Assembly: GCA_965213675.1 (NCBI GenBank) | Contig: OZ243916.1 | Span: 1,184,001 to 1,248,000, forward strand | Source of the DNA: an uncultured Candidatus Binatia bacterium | GTDB lineage: Bacteria; Desulfobacterota; Binatia; UBA9968; JAJDTQ01 | Direction of reading: 5' to 3' | DNA: 64,000 bases | Shown: piece after piece, positions 20,896 through 32,500 of the stretch | Position numbering within the stretch: the first letter of the stretch is position 1 | How the letters are laid out: every line of letters starts with the position of its first letter | Program-made: the position numbers and the translations under genes | The notes under the pieces: generated by a model | Database searches by the model: none | What the model was told of the DNA's origin: nothing | Seen by the model: only the letters and a program-made list of their open reading frames with translations

Positions 20896-22413
20896 ATGGC
20901 CGAACATTATGACGTCATCATCATCGGCGGGGGCTCGGCGGGCTGCGCCGCGGCCAGTCGTCTTTCCGAGGACTCCGGGCGCAAGGTGCTGCTGCTGGAG
21001 GCGGGGCCGGACCCGCGACCCATCCCCGAGATGGTGGCGGAAGCCAGGAACCAGGTGCGGCTGTTGATGGAGACGGACTACCTCGCCATGTACCCGAGCC
21101 CGCGGGACGTGGACGGCAGCGTGTGCTACAAGCTCGCCGGGCGGATCATGGGCGGGGGCTCCTCGGTCAACGTCATGGCCGCGCCCCGGCCCCTCAAGGC
21201 CGACATGGACAACTGGGTGGCCGCGGGCAACCCGGACTGGTCCTGGGAAAGTGTGTTGCCGGTGTTGAAGCGGCTGGAATCGGACCAGGACTTCCCGGAT
21301 AGCCCGATTCACGGGAACTCCGGCCCGCTGTACGTCAAGCGCCCCTTTACCTTCGGCACGCCGGACGCCGCCGATCCGGTGCAGGCGTTCATCGAGGCCG
21401 GCCAGCAGAAGGGGCTGGCGCGCCTGGAAGACACCAACATCCCCGATCCCGAGGGCATCGGCCATCCGCCGTTCAGCATCAAGGACGGCAAACGGCAGTC
21501 CACGGTGGTGGCCTACCTCGACCCGGCGCGCGACCGCGCCAACCTCACCGTCCAGGCCGAGGCCGAGGTGACGGGCCTGGAAATTTCCGGCAACCGGGTC
21601 ACGGGGGTGCGCTACGAAAAGGACGGGGAGCAGGCGACCGCCACCGGCAACCACGTGGTGCTGAGCGCCGGGGTCTACCACTCGGCGCCGCTGTTGATGC
21701 TGTCGGGTATCGGAGCCGCGGCCGACCTGCGGAAGCTGGGCATCGGCGTGGTCCAGGACCTGCCCGGGGTGGGCCGGAACTACCAGGACCACGCGGTGGT
21801 CTACATGACCTTCGCGTGCAAGGACAACTTCGACGCCGACTGGATCATCCCGCGCATCCGCTACATCTACAAGAGCCACGCGGACCGCGACTGCGCCAAC
21901 TTCCATATCGCGCTGCGGCCGCCCACGCAGGTGGAAGGCATCCAGACCACCATCCCGCTTTCGGCGGCGTTGCTGGAGCAGATGAACCGTGGCCGGATGT
22001 ATCTACAGAGCGCCGATCCCAAGGACCTGCCGGTGATCGAGTCCAGGATGCTGGAGGACCCGCGCGACATCGACGCCATGACCACGGCCATGGAGTTCAT
22101 CAAGGCCATTTCCGAGACCCCGGCCATGCGCGAGATCTACGGCGACCTGGTGACGCCCACCCCCGACGAGGACTGGGCACGCTTCGCCCGCACCACCTAC
22201 GACAGCTACCACCACGGCGTCGGCACCTGCCTCATGGGTCCGGCCTCCAACCCCGAGACGGTGGTGGGTCAGAACCTCCAGGTTCACGGCATGGACAACC
22301 TGTGGGTGGCCGACGCCTCCATCATGCCCACCGTGGTGCACGCCAACACCAACGTCACCTCCATCATGATCGGCGAGCGGCTATCGGATTTCGTGAAGAC
22401 GGCCGGCGGATAG
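20896..22413 (+). CDS. GMC family FAD oxidoreductase
   Basis: YDVIIIGGGSAG, VLLLEAG, GGGSSVN, GRNYQDH, HGVGTC, VADASIMP, NTN. Confidence 0.93.
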   Translation: MAEHYDVIIIGGGSAGCAAASRLSEDSGRKVLLLEAGPDPRPIPEMVAEARNQVRLLMETDYLAMYPSPRDVDGSVCYKLAGRIMGGGSSVNVMAAPRPLKADMDNWVAAGNPDWSWESVLPVLKRLESDQDFPDSPIHGNSGPLYVKRPFTFGTPDAADPVQAFIEAGQQKGLARLEDTNIPDPEGIGHPPFSIKDGKRQSTVVAYLDPARDRANLTVQAEAEVTGLEISGNRVTGVRYEKDGEQATATGNHVVLSAGVYHSAPLLMLSGIGAAADLRKLGIGVVQDLPGVGRNYQDHAVVYMTFACKDNFDADWIIPRIRYIYKSHADRDCANFHIALRPPTQVEGIQTTIPLSAALLEQMNRGRMYLQSADPKDLPVIESRMLEDPRDIDAMTTAMEFIKAISETPAMREIYGDLVTPTPDEDWARFARTTYDSYHHGVGTCLMGPASNPETVVGQNLQVHGMDNLWVADASIMPTVVHANTNVTSIMIGERLSDFVKTAGG

Positions 22414-22427
22414 GGGCCGCCCGCGTG

Positions 22428-22455
22428 GCAGGGGCGACCGGCCAGTCGCCCCTGC
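22428..22455. repeat. REP-like palindrome family B (GGGGCGACCGGCCRGTCGCCCC)
   Basis: Hairpin between convergent genes; related copies at 52138, ~54577, 63352 and 63484. Confidence 0.7.
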
Positions 22456-22491
22456 GGGACGCCACCGCAATCCGGCCATCGCAATCCGGCC

Positions 22492-24177
<1,686 letters not shown>

Positions 24178-24499
24178 GAGCCCTCCCGTTGCCGGATTCG
24201 TAAACCGCTTCCGGCCACCCTACTATACAAACCGTCCCCGCGGGCTGGAACCCTCGTGGCTTTGCCCCAACTTTGCCCCAAACTCGCGGAACCTGGAAGC
24301 AAGGCCGCACCCGGCATTGCCGCTCGCGATGCGAATCGTTGGCCAGCTTCCGCGGGGAAACCGAAGGCGCAACGGCCGGTTGAACGGCGCTGCGGACGCC
24401 GGGTTCGCAATTGACACCCATGGGGCGACTTGGTAGTTTCGCGGCCAAGCCAGACGCGTCTTGCGTGTGCGCATTCCCGCCCGAAGAAGGGAGCCCTCC

Positions 24500-25450
24500 A
24501 TGATCCAGGCCAGCGACATCCACGGCGTCATGGCCATGATGCCCGCCTTCGCCACGGACGACGCCAACGCGCCGCGGGCGAAGGACACGGTCAACGTGCC
24601 CGAACTGGAACGCAGCGTCGATCAGGCGGTGCGGGACGGCATCGGCGTGCTCACCTCCACCGGCACCTTCGGCGAGTGCCACACGCTCTTGTGGGACGAG
24701 TTCGCCACCCTCACGGACGCCACCGTGGCCACGGTGAACAAGCGCATTCCCGTGGTCATCGGCTGCACGAGCCTGAACACGCGCGAAGTACTGCTCAAGA
24801 TGGACTACGCCGCCAAGGCCGGCGCCGACGCCGTGCTCGTGGGCGTGCCGTTCTACTTCAAATCGAGCGTGCCCAACGCCGTGCAGTTCTACTTCGACCT
24901 CGCGGACGAGCACCCGGAGCTGGGCATCTTCATCTACCACAACCCGCGCAATCACCACATTCACATTCCAGTGTCCGCATTCAAGGAACTGGTCAGCCGG
25001 CCCAACATCGTGGGCATGAAGGACAGCCACCGCACGCCCATGCAGTTCATGCAGCTCATGGACATCGTGCGCGGCAAAATCAGCGTCATGACCAACCAGA
25101 ACCAGATGTATCCCTACATGATGATGGGAGCCGCCGGCTGCTGGTCCATCAACGCCTGGATGGGACCGTCGCCGGTGGTCCGGGCCTACCGGGCAGGGCG
25201 CGAGGGACGCTGGGACGAGGTCCGGGAAATATGCATGGCCATGGCGCGGGTGGGCGGAAAGGATCCGAGCCTCACCGATCCGGTGGAAAGCAAGATATCC
25301 ATCAACGAGGCCGGCTACTGCTACGCCGGTCCGGGCAGGCCGCCGTTCCGGGTGACCACGGACGAGACCCGGGCCGAGGCCAGGGCCATCGCCCAGCGCT
25401 GGCGCAAGCTGTGCGAAACCTACCCGCTGCCGGAGGAGGCCGCGGCCTGA
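24500..25450 (+). CDS. DHDPS-family hydratase-aldolase (NahE/PhdJ-like)
   Basis: TGTFGECHTL, YHNP, GMKDS (Schiff-base Lys), GCWSI. Confidence 0.8.
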   Translation: MIQASDIHGVMAMMPAFATDDANAPRAKDTVNVPELERSVDQAVRDGIGVLTSTGTFGECHTLLWDEFATLTDATVATVNKRIPVVIGCTSLNTREVLLKMDYAAKAGADAVLVGVPFYFKSSVPNAVQFYFDLADEHPELGIFIYHNPRNHHIHIPVSAFKELVSRPNIVGMKDSHRTPMQFMQLMDIVRGKISVMTNQNQMYPYMMMGAAGCWSINAWMGPSPVVRAYRAGREGRWDEVREICMAMARVGGKDPSLTDPVESKISINEAGYCYAGPGRPPFRVTTDETRAEARAIAQRWRKLCETYPLPEEAAA

Positions 25451-25541
25451 AGCGCGGCGTGGATCGACGGGGTCGCGGGCGCACTCGACGCTTCCCGAGT
25501 CCACACGCCCCACGACGAGCGGACCGGAGAGGAGCACGAAC

Positions 25542-26561
25542 ATGGCCAAGGTCGCACCCGATCACCAACAGAGGCGGGACGAGCTGCACGAGAGGTTCGC
25601 CGCCCTCGGGCTGGTGGGCTACTGGCAGCGCCAGCGGGAGCACCACAGCGTGGAGCCACGCCTGTGGCGCTGGGACGAGGTCCAGCCGGCGCTGATGCAG
25701 GCCGCCGACGTAATCACCATCGGGCAGGAGGCCTTCCGCCGCAACGTCGAGCTCGAGACCGAAAGCCGCACCATCATCATGGGCTATCAGATCGTGATGC
25801 CCGGCGAGGCCGCGCCCGCCCACCGGCATACCAACACGGCCCTGCGCTTCGTGGTCCAGGGCGGCGGCGCCTACACCACCTCCAACGGCGAGCCCATGAC
25901 CATGCAGCCGGGAGACCTGCTGATCCAGCCCAACTGGATCTGGCACGACCACGTCAACGATTCGAAGGAACCCATCATCTGGATCGACGCCCTCGACGTC
26001 GGCGTGGTCAATTTTCTCGGCGCCTCCCGGTTCCGGGAAGAGTGGTCGGAGGGCATGCAGCAGCCGCTGACCCGGAAGTCCGGCGCGTCACGCCGGCTCT
26101 ACGGCCCCATCCGGGAGCCCGAGGTTCAGTTCGAAGGCGCCGGCGTCCCTTACCATTACAAGTGGGACGAAACGCTGGAAGCCTTGCACGAGGTGGCCGA
26201 TGCGGGCGGCGGCGACCCCCACGACGGCATCCTGCTCGAATACAAGAACCCCGTCACCGGCGGCCACACCTTCCTCACCATGACCTGCCACATCCAGATG
26301 CTGCTGCCCGGCCATGCCACCCTGCCCCACCGCCACATGGGCACCACCCACTACCACGTGGTGCAGGGACAGGGCGCCACCGTCGTCGATCGGGACGAGC
26401 CCAGGGAACTCGAGTGGGAAGTCAACGACGCCTTCACCCTGCCGCCCTGGCGCTGGCACCACTTCCGGAACGCATCCGAGACCGAGCCCGCCATCCTGTT
26501 CTCGGTGACGGACCGGCCGCTGCTGGAAATGACCGGGCTGGATCGGGAAGAACGGGCATAG
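25542..26561 (+). CDS. Bicupin ring-cleaving dioxygenase (gentisate 1,2-/1-hydroxy-2-naphthoate dioxygenase-like)
   Basis: PGEAAPAHRHT...ALRF, WIWHDH, WIDALD, YKNPVTGG, PHRH. Confidence 0.88.
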   Translation: MAKVAPDHQQRRDELHERFAALGLVGYWQRQREHHSVEPRLWRWDEVQPALMQAADVITIGQEAFRRNVELETESRTIIMGYQIVMPGEAAPAHRHTNTALRFVVQGGGAYTTSNGEPMTMQPGDLLIQPNWIWHDHVNDSKEPIIWIDALDVGVVNFLGASRFREEWSEGMQQPLTRKSGASRRLYGPIREPEVQFEGAGVPYHYKWDETLEALHEVADAGGGDPHDGILLEYKNPVTGGHTFLTMTCHIQMLLPGHATLPHRHMGTTHYHVVQGQGATVVDRDEPRELEWEVNDAFTLPPWRWHHFRNASETEPAILFSVTDRPLLEMTGLDREERA

Positions 26562-26591
26562 GCCCGCTACGTCACGGACCGCGTTCTCGAT

Positions 26592-26965
26592 TCAGAAGGC
26601 GATCCGGCTGACGCCTTCGACGGCGTCGAGATGTCTGTCATTACTCAATACCGGGAGCAGGTGCTGGCGGGCGACGGCGGCTATCCAGACGTCGTTCGGC
26701 GGGATGGGAGTGCCTAACCGTCTCAGTTCCAGCCGGACGTCGGCGTAAACATCCGCCGTAGCCGAACGGTCGCGATTTCGGTCAGCGGCAGATACCGGGT
26801 GAGCCACTCCTCGTAGCGCCTGCGATGACGTGACTGGCGGATGCCAAAGAAGTATTCCCCTAGAACGACGCTGGGTACGACCAAGCGCTCGGCCGAGCGA
26901 AGCGGGGCCATGATTCCCGGGCGTCCCTCTGCCCAAGCGGACAGGGCGTTGGTGTCGAGGATCAT
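26592..26965 (-). pseudogene. vapC: VapC PIN-domain toxin, frameshifted near 26765
   Basis: MILDTNALS...VVLGEY in one frame; YADVRLELRRLGTPIPPNDVWIAA...SNDRH in another. Confidence 0.85.
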
Positions 26966-27228
26966 GCGAGGTCTTCGGGGGAGAATGCCTCGAACTCTTC
27001 TTCGATGGCACTGAGGACGCGACGGGTCTCGTTGGAAAGATCGGATAGCGCGCCGAAGCCGGCCATCCATGGAGGCTCGGCCGTGCCGGCGCGATGCTCG
27101 CTTGTGCAGTGCCGGAGTTGTTCCTCAAGCGCTTCGGTGAAGAAACGCTTCAGGGTAACCCCGCGGGCGGCGGCAAGCGCCTTGGCGTGCCGGAACATGA
27201 CGTCGGGAATCTCGATGGTCGTCTTCAT
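26962..27228 (-). CDS. VapB-type ribbon-helix-helix antitoxin
   Basis: MKTTIEIPD...AKALAA...TLKRFFTEAL; ATGA overlap with vapC. Confidence 0.8.
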   Translation of the reverse strand: MKTTIEIPDVMFRHAKALAAARGVTLKRFFTEALEEQLRHCTSEHRAGTAEPPWMAGFGALSDLSNETRRVLSAIEEEFEAFSPEDLA

Positions 27229-27291
27229 GAAGCCATATTCCCACAAAAAACGGAGCCTCCTCAACAGCGCCCTGTCGCTACGCGCCCGTGA

Positions 27292-28332
27292 CTAGCGCGC
27301 GGCGCTTCGCCGAAGCTCCGGAGTGGAGCCCATCATCCCGGCCACCAGTTCGAACGACCGCAGCCGCTTGGCGTGATCGTGGATGTTCGCGGTGATCATG
27401 ATCTCGTCGGCGCCGGTTCGATCGACGAAGGCCGCGATCTCGTGTTCCACCGTGTCGGGGGCGCCGACGGCGGTGCAGGACTGGGCCTCGTTCAGCATCG
27501 CGCGCTCGTACGGAGTCAACTGATCTTCAAAATCGGCGACCGGCGGCGGCAGCTCGCCCCGCATGCCCCGGCGCCGGTTGACGAAGGACTGCTGGATGGA
27601 GGTTCTGAGAAAGCGCGCCTCCTCTTCGGTATCCGCGGCGACGACGGTCATGCCCACCATGACATGGGGCTTGTCGAGTTGCGGCGACGGTTCGAAGCGG
27701 TCGCGGTAGACGGCGATGGCCTGCATCAAGGCCGCCGGCGCAAAGTGGGAGGCAAAAGCGTAGGGGAGCCCAAGGGCGGCGGCAAGCTGGGCGCCGTAGA
27801 GGCTGGAGCCCAGTATCCAGATCGGAACATTCAGGCCGGCGCCCGGCACCGCGCGCACGAACTGGTCCGGCGCCGGCTCCTTGAAGTAGTGTTGCAGTTC
27901 CAGCACGTCCTGCGGGAAATCATCTATGTCACCGATCAAGGTGCGGCGCAGGGCACGGACTGTGTGCTGGTCGGTGCCAGGTGCGCGCCCTAGACCCAGA
28001 TCGATCCGGCCCGGATGGAGGGCCGCGAGGGTGCCGAACTGCTCGGCGATGACGAGCGGGGCATGGTTGGACAGCATGACGCCGCCGGCGCCGACCCGGA
28101 TCGTCTTGGTTGCCTGGGCGACCTGGCCGATCACCACCGCCGTCGCCGCGCTGGCGATGCCGGCCATGTTGTGATGCTCGGCCAGCCAGTAGCGCGTGTA
28201 GCCCCACGAGTCGGCATGGCGGGCCAGGTCGATGGTATTGAGCAGCGCCTGGCGGGCGTCGCCGCCCTCGACGATCGGCGAGAGGTCAAGAACGGAGAGC
28301 GGTGTCTCTATCATCGGATCACTATAGGCCAT
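27292..28332 (-). CDS. LLM class flavin-dependent oxidoreductase (luciferase-like)
   Basis: [37 protein letters not shown]. Confidence 0.93.
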   Translation of the reverse strand: MAYSDPMIETPLSVLDLSPIVEGGDARQALLNTIDLARHADSWGYTRYWLAEHHNMAGIASAATAVVIGQVAQATKTIRVGAGGVMLSNHAPLVIAEQFGTLAALHPGRIDLGLGRAPGTDQHTVRALRRTLIGDIDDFPQDVLELQHYFKEPAPDQFVRAVPGAGLNVPIWILGSSLYGAQLAAALGLPYAFASHFAPAALMQAIAVYRDRFEPSPQLDKPHVMVGMTVVAADTEEEARFLRTSIQQSFVNRRRGMRGELPPPVADFEDQLTPYERAMLNEAQSCTAVGAPDTVEHEIAAFVDRTGADEIMITANIHDHAKRLRSFELVAGMMGSTPELRRSAAR

Positions 28333-28345
28333 CGGCGGCCGGTTT

Positions 28346-29908
28346 TCAGTCCCGGCGCTCGCCCTTTCCGAAAGCCTCGCGGTAGGCCGCCTCGACCCGC
28401 TCCACCTCTTCGTCGCTCAGCGCGGCGAACTCGTCCTCCCGGCGACGGCGGGACAGCGCTCCTCCGTTCTGTTGCAGGAGGTGGAAGAGGAAATCGGCGA
28501 GACGGTCCGGCATATCGAACATGATGGCCAACCTGGACCGGAACGCATCGTACCGCTTCAGGAAGGCCGCCTCTTCCGGCAGGTCCTGCTCGACGGTCCT
28601 CCGCACGCACCCGTACAGAAACTCCGTCTGAGGCGTGGCATCGAAGAACCGGTAGAAATCGGCGGTGTCGTTGAGCACGCGGACATTGCCGTCGCCGGTG
28701 GGCTCCCAGTCCACGGCGGGCAATAGTCTCCGGGAATAGTCTTCGAGCGCCGCGCGGTAACCGTCCATCCGGTCCAGGATCACCGCCGAGACCGGGAAGA
28801 CGACGCCGGGCGGGTTGAATCCACGCTCGGCCAGGACATGGTGAATCAGGTACCGATGCAGCCTGCCGTTGCCGTCCTCGAAGGGCTGCACGAAGACGAA
28901 CCCGAAGGCGAGCGCGGACGCGGCCACCACCGGATCGAGCTGCGGCGCGGCCTCCCTGTCGAACGCGATCATGCCGTCCACGAACCGCGCCAGATCGCCG
29001 GCCCGGGCGCTGATGTGGTCCGGTATCGGCATGCGCGTGTCACGATCGTGCGCGCCGACGAAGCCGCCCTCGGTCCTGAGGCCGGGACGCAGGAACCGGA
29101 AATCGCCGATGACGATCCGCTGAAGGCGCAGCAGCTCGTCGAGATCGATGGGCTGCCTGCCGGCCTGGGCGATGGCCCGGCCCCACCGCTGAAGGCGGTC
29201 CCGGCGCGGGCGCTCGCCTTCGATGGCAAAGCTGGACCTGGAGTCCTTCAGCAAGAGGAAAGCGGCGGTCCGTGTCAGCAGATCGCGGGGTACGGCCGCT
29301 GCCGCTTGCCGGGCGCAGGCCTGCAGGTCCATGCCTACGAATGCTTCCAGCGCCTCGGTCCGAAACACCAGCGGACAGAAATCCGGAGTTCCCGGCAGAT
29401 TGTTCTTCACCCGGTGCCGGGAAGAGATTTCGCCCCGTCCCGCGTATTGTTGGGCCGGATTGACGACGTGGGGATAGGCCCCACGATCGGCGTCCGGCAA
29501 AGCCAACCGTTCTCCTGTGAGCCATTCATAGAGGAACCAGACGCGCCGCGCGTAGGACCCCGTGGGCGTTGCCCTGACCAATGCCTGGACCGGGCCGGGA
29601 CCGGTCGCGACGAACAGGCGCTTGAGGACGGCCAGGTCGAGCCCTTCGTATTTGAGGGCGAAGGTCAGGTGGTCTTCCAGGGTGGCATCGGGAGCGTAGC
29701 GCGGTGGGAAAATGCGCCATCCGCGTTCTTCCATGCGAATCGACCGGTCCGCCACGGCGCTCAGGGTGCGAGGAAGCGGCACACGCAGACCGTAACCCCT
29801 GATCAAAGCCGCGTAGCCGGCCGGGGTGGCGGAAACGGGAAGCCGCCGTTCCTGAAATATGCTAACAGGACCGGTAAAACTATTCTGAAGAGTCACATCC
29901 GATACCAA
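28346..29908 (-). CDS. Fic family protein (long form)
   Basis: Fic motif as [12 protein letters not shown]; true start uncertain. Confidence 0.85.
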   Translation of the reverse strand: MVSDVTLQNSFTGPVSIFQERRLPVSATPAGYAALIRGYGLRVPLPRTLSAVADRSIRMEERGWRIFPPRYAPDATLEDHLTFALKYEGLDLAVLKRLFVATGPGPVQALVRATPTGSYARRVWFLYEWLTGERLALPDADRGAYPHVVNPAQQYAGRGEISSRHRVKNNLPGTPDFCPLVFRTEALEAFVGMDLQACARQAAAAVPRDLLTRTAAFLLLKDSRSSFAIEGERPRRDRLQRWGRAIAQAGRQPIDLDELLRLQRIVIGDFRFLRPGLRTEGGFVGAHDRDTRMPIPDHISARAGDLARFVDGMIAFDREAAPQLDPVVAASALAFGFVFVQPFEDGNGRLHRYLIHHVLAERGFNPPGVVFPVSAVILDRMDGYRAALEDYSRRLLPAVDWEPTGDGNVRVLNDTADFYRFFDATPQTEFLYGCVRRTVEQDLPEEAAFLKRYDAFRSRLAIMFDMPDRLADFLFHLLQQNGGALSRRRREDEFAALSDEEVERVEAAYREAFGKGERRD

Positions 29909-30209
29909 ACTGTTACGTTTTTGTTACGTTTTCCCTGGAAATTGTTACGTTGTCCCCGGAAATCCCTGTTGAATCAGAACCGTTCCGTCCACCAGGACAC
30001 AACCGCAACGGACAACGAGCCTTGAAGCGACCCCGCACATCCCTCTCGAGCACCAAAAGGAGGGGCGTAGCTCGCTGTTCAAGTCACGACGACAATCAAA
30101 TCGATTACTGTGGAAGCATACCGCGTAGAATGATAACAAAGGATTGGAATATACGCAAAACGATATCGGATGCAAGGGCGGCGGCAGCGATTCGGCGACC
30201 GGCGGGGCG

Positions 30210-30461
30210 TCAGCCCGACGCCTCCACGATCTCCGAATCGAGCAGGGTCCTGCAGGAGGGACAGAATAGTTGCTCCAGGAGGAACTGGCCTTCCAGGTCC
30301 TTCATGAGCGGACCGGCCGCGGTGGGGGGCGACAGCTTCCGGCGGCTGCGCCGCTTCCAGTCGGCCTCTCCGCCGAACACGAAGCCGCACCGAGCGCACA
30401 GGACCCGCGGCGGCGCCGAATCCAGGTCCAACTCGAGGTTCTCTCTGAACGGTCGCTTCAT
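30210..30461 (-). CDS. Acetone carboxylase gamma-subunit-like zinc-ribbon protein
   Basis: CARCG and FCPSCRTLLDSE pairs; directly downstream of hydantoinase remnants; AGGAGG RBS. Confidence 0.65.
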   Translation of the reverse strand: MKRPFRENLELDLDSAPPRVLCARCGFVFGGEADWKRRSRRKLSPPTAAGPLMKDLEGQFLLEQLFCPSCRTLLDSEIVEASG

Positions 30462-31205
30462 CGGACTGTCATCCTCCTCGCTAACGCTGCTGCCGGATCC
30501 GGGCGCGGAGCGCTTCGAACCCCGCGTTGAGGCGGTCCGAGTCCAGCGGCGCCACCACGTGGTCGGAAATGCCGTACTCGTAGGTCACGTCCACGGAGAT
30601 CAGGCCGGTGGCCGCGTGGACCGATGCCGTCACAGGGACCACCACCTTGTGCACGCCGAGCTGGGCGACAAGAGGCACACCGCCACCGACTCGACCCCCG
30701 TGGCCACCAGCCTGCCCGCCTCCTCCTCGATCTGCCGGTCATCGGCCTCGATCAGCACCGACGCCTTGTGGTCGATACGTCCCTGCACCTCCTCGGTCAG
30801 GCTTCGCGGCGCCAACGGCTCGGGTTTCTCCAGCGCCGCAATGTGCGAGCCATCCGCCTCCGTGAGACCGGGGGTCACATCGCCCCGCATCATCAAGAAG
30901 GTGTCCGGAAAACCGCGCGTCACCACCAGCCCGGTACGCGCCCCGCTCCGAATGATGAGGGTATTGTCGGCCACCGTGCAGGCGTGGAAGAAACGGCGGG
31001 TGGAGTGCAGCAGGTCGTCCACGGACAGAAGGCCGAGATTGGCGGCCCCGCCCTGGAGGGAGTCCACGACGTCCCGGGAGAAGTCGTCGGGCGTCGACAG
31101 CACCTTGCCGATGGTCAGCTTACCGTTGCTGTCCAGGATGACGCAGTCGGTGAAGGTGCCGCCGATGTCCACGCCGACAAGGTATCGACCTCGGGGATCA
31201 CTTAT
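30458..31205 (-). pseudogene. Hydantoinase/oxoprolinase A(+B) remnant with internal deletions
   Basis: VGVDIGGTFTDC, KVLSTP, VESVAVCLL, then an out-of-frame jump to LGVHKVVVP..ASVHAATGL; start codon appears lost. Confidence 0.85.
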
Positions 31206-31226
31206 AACTACTTGATATAAGTAGTT
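31205..31226. promoter_or_regulatory. IHF-consensus-like site within a palindrome at the left edge of the low-GC island
   Basis: Minus strand TATCAAGTAGTTA fits WATCAANNNNTTR; AACTACTT-N5-AAGTAGTT inverted repeat. Confidence 0.4.
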
Positions 31227-31558
31227 GTTTCCATCAATCGAGCCTGTGGATCGCCGGGCAGGTCCGATCCTCGGCGTGAGCATACCGTAAGCGGATTCAT
31301 TCCAGTTTGTGTGCATCCTAGCGCGGCTCTGTCGCTCTGTCCCGCTAATCCTCCAACATCATCTGACGTCAAAGGCTTGTACCACGCCCTTCCGCGCCGA
31401 AGATAGTCTCCCACCCGCAGGCAACCGGTTCCCACAGCTTGCGACAAACGGTCCAGATCCACAAATGGTGGTTTCCTCGACGGACCACCTCACATCCAGA
31501 CGGCCGATAGTATCCCAAAAGTATGTTATGGAGCCCGTCCATCCCCAGCGCATGAGGT

Positions 31559-32500
31559 TCAGTAGCCACCATTCTCCCTGAAATCAGCGATCTGGAGCGC
31601 GGTAGGCGAGACCAACGTTCCCCACGGCACGACATCGAGATGTGCGAGGTCATTGCGAACCCTATGGAGCCAGTCTATGCGTTTCAACTCGCCCTCGAGA
31701 CTCCTGATCCTTCTCGCTTGGGCGGCCATGTCCCCAATTTCGAGCTTTTCCAGATCCTGAATTTGCTGCCCGTCCTTTCGGAGGTGCGGCAGTTGCCAAG
31801 TGTCCCGATGCTCATCCAGAAGACGACGGCGTTCACGTTCGACCAGTGGGAACAGAACGGCAACCTCCGCTGCCCAGATACGCTCGCGGGAGTGGTCTCC
31901 ATCAGCAAGTATCCGACTGACGGATTGCTCGGCGAGGCTCGCGGCGCGGAGCAAGTCAGCGCCGGCAAGTTCGGCGATGAGCGCACTCTTGAGCGTGACG
32001 TGTGCAGGATTGTGCCCGGAACGGCGACTGCGGCGCTCGAGGAGTACACGACTGTCTGACGCAGTTATGAAATCTTGCCATAGGCGTCGTCGAAGCCGCT
32101 TTTCTTCGCCGTATCCTTCGGCACAAGCTGTCTGCGACGCGATACAAATACGGGGCATTTCCGTGAGCTCGGCACACTCGTGGACATGGCGAATCCATTT
32201 TGCCACCGTTTCTTCGTCCGTGGCTTCCACCCACAGAACGAGCGCCCCAGTATCATGCTCTCTGGAGCGCTTCGCCATGGACTGTATGGGAGTCAGTATG
32301 CCCGCTTCTGCAGATCTCACGGCAGACCAACGCCCGATACCCTTACGTTTAAGTAGGTCGGCGAGTTCCACCGCGAACAAATCTCTCGCATCATCCGGGA
32401 GCCCTGCGAGGACGGCGCTACGGTTGACGAGATCTTCAACCATAGTCCACAGGAAGTCCACTGGGCCCGGCAAGTTGGCCCAACCACGTGGGAGACTCAT
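31559..32500 (-). CDS. Hypothetical protein with C-terminal RxxxxH (HEPN-like) motif
   Basis: 313-aa ORF, ATGA-coupled to the upstream ATPase; WLHRVRNDLAHL. Confidence 0.7.
   Translation of the reverse strand: MSLPRGWANLPGPVDFLWTMVEDLVNRSAVLAGLPDDARDLFAVELADLLKRKGIGRWSAVRSAEAGILTPIQSMAKRSREHDTGALVLWVEATDEETVAKWIRHVHECAELTEMPRICIASQTACAEGYGEEKRLRRRLWQDFITASDSRVLLERRSRRSGHNPAHVTLKSALIAELAGADLLRAASLAEQSVSRILADGDHSRERIWAAEVAVLFPLVERERRRLLDEHRDTWQLPHLRKDGQQIQDLEKLEIGDMAAQARRIRSLEGELKRIDWLHRVRNDLAHLDVVPWGTLVSPTALQIADFRENGGY

Noticed and set aside
31208-31553. Possible third gene of the ATPase operon starting at 31553
   Set aside because: It stops after 64 codons with no recognisable homology, so it is mentioned only as a possible truncated remnant.
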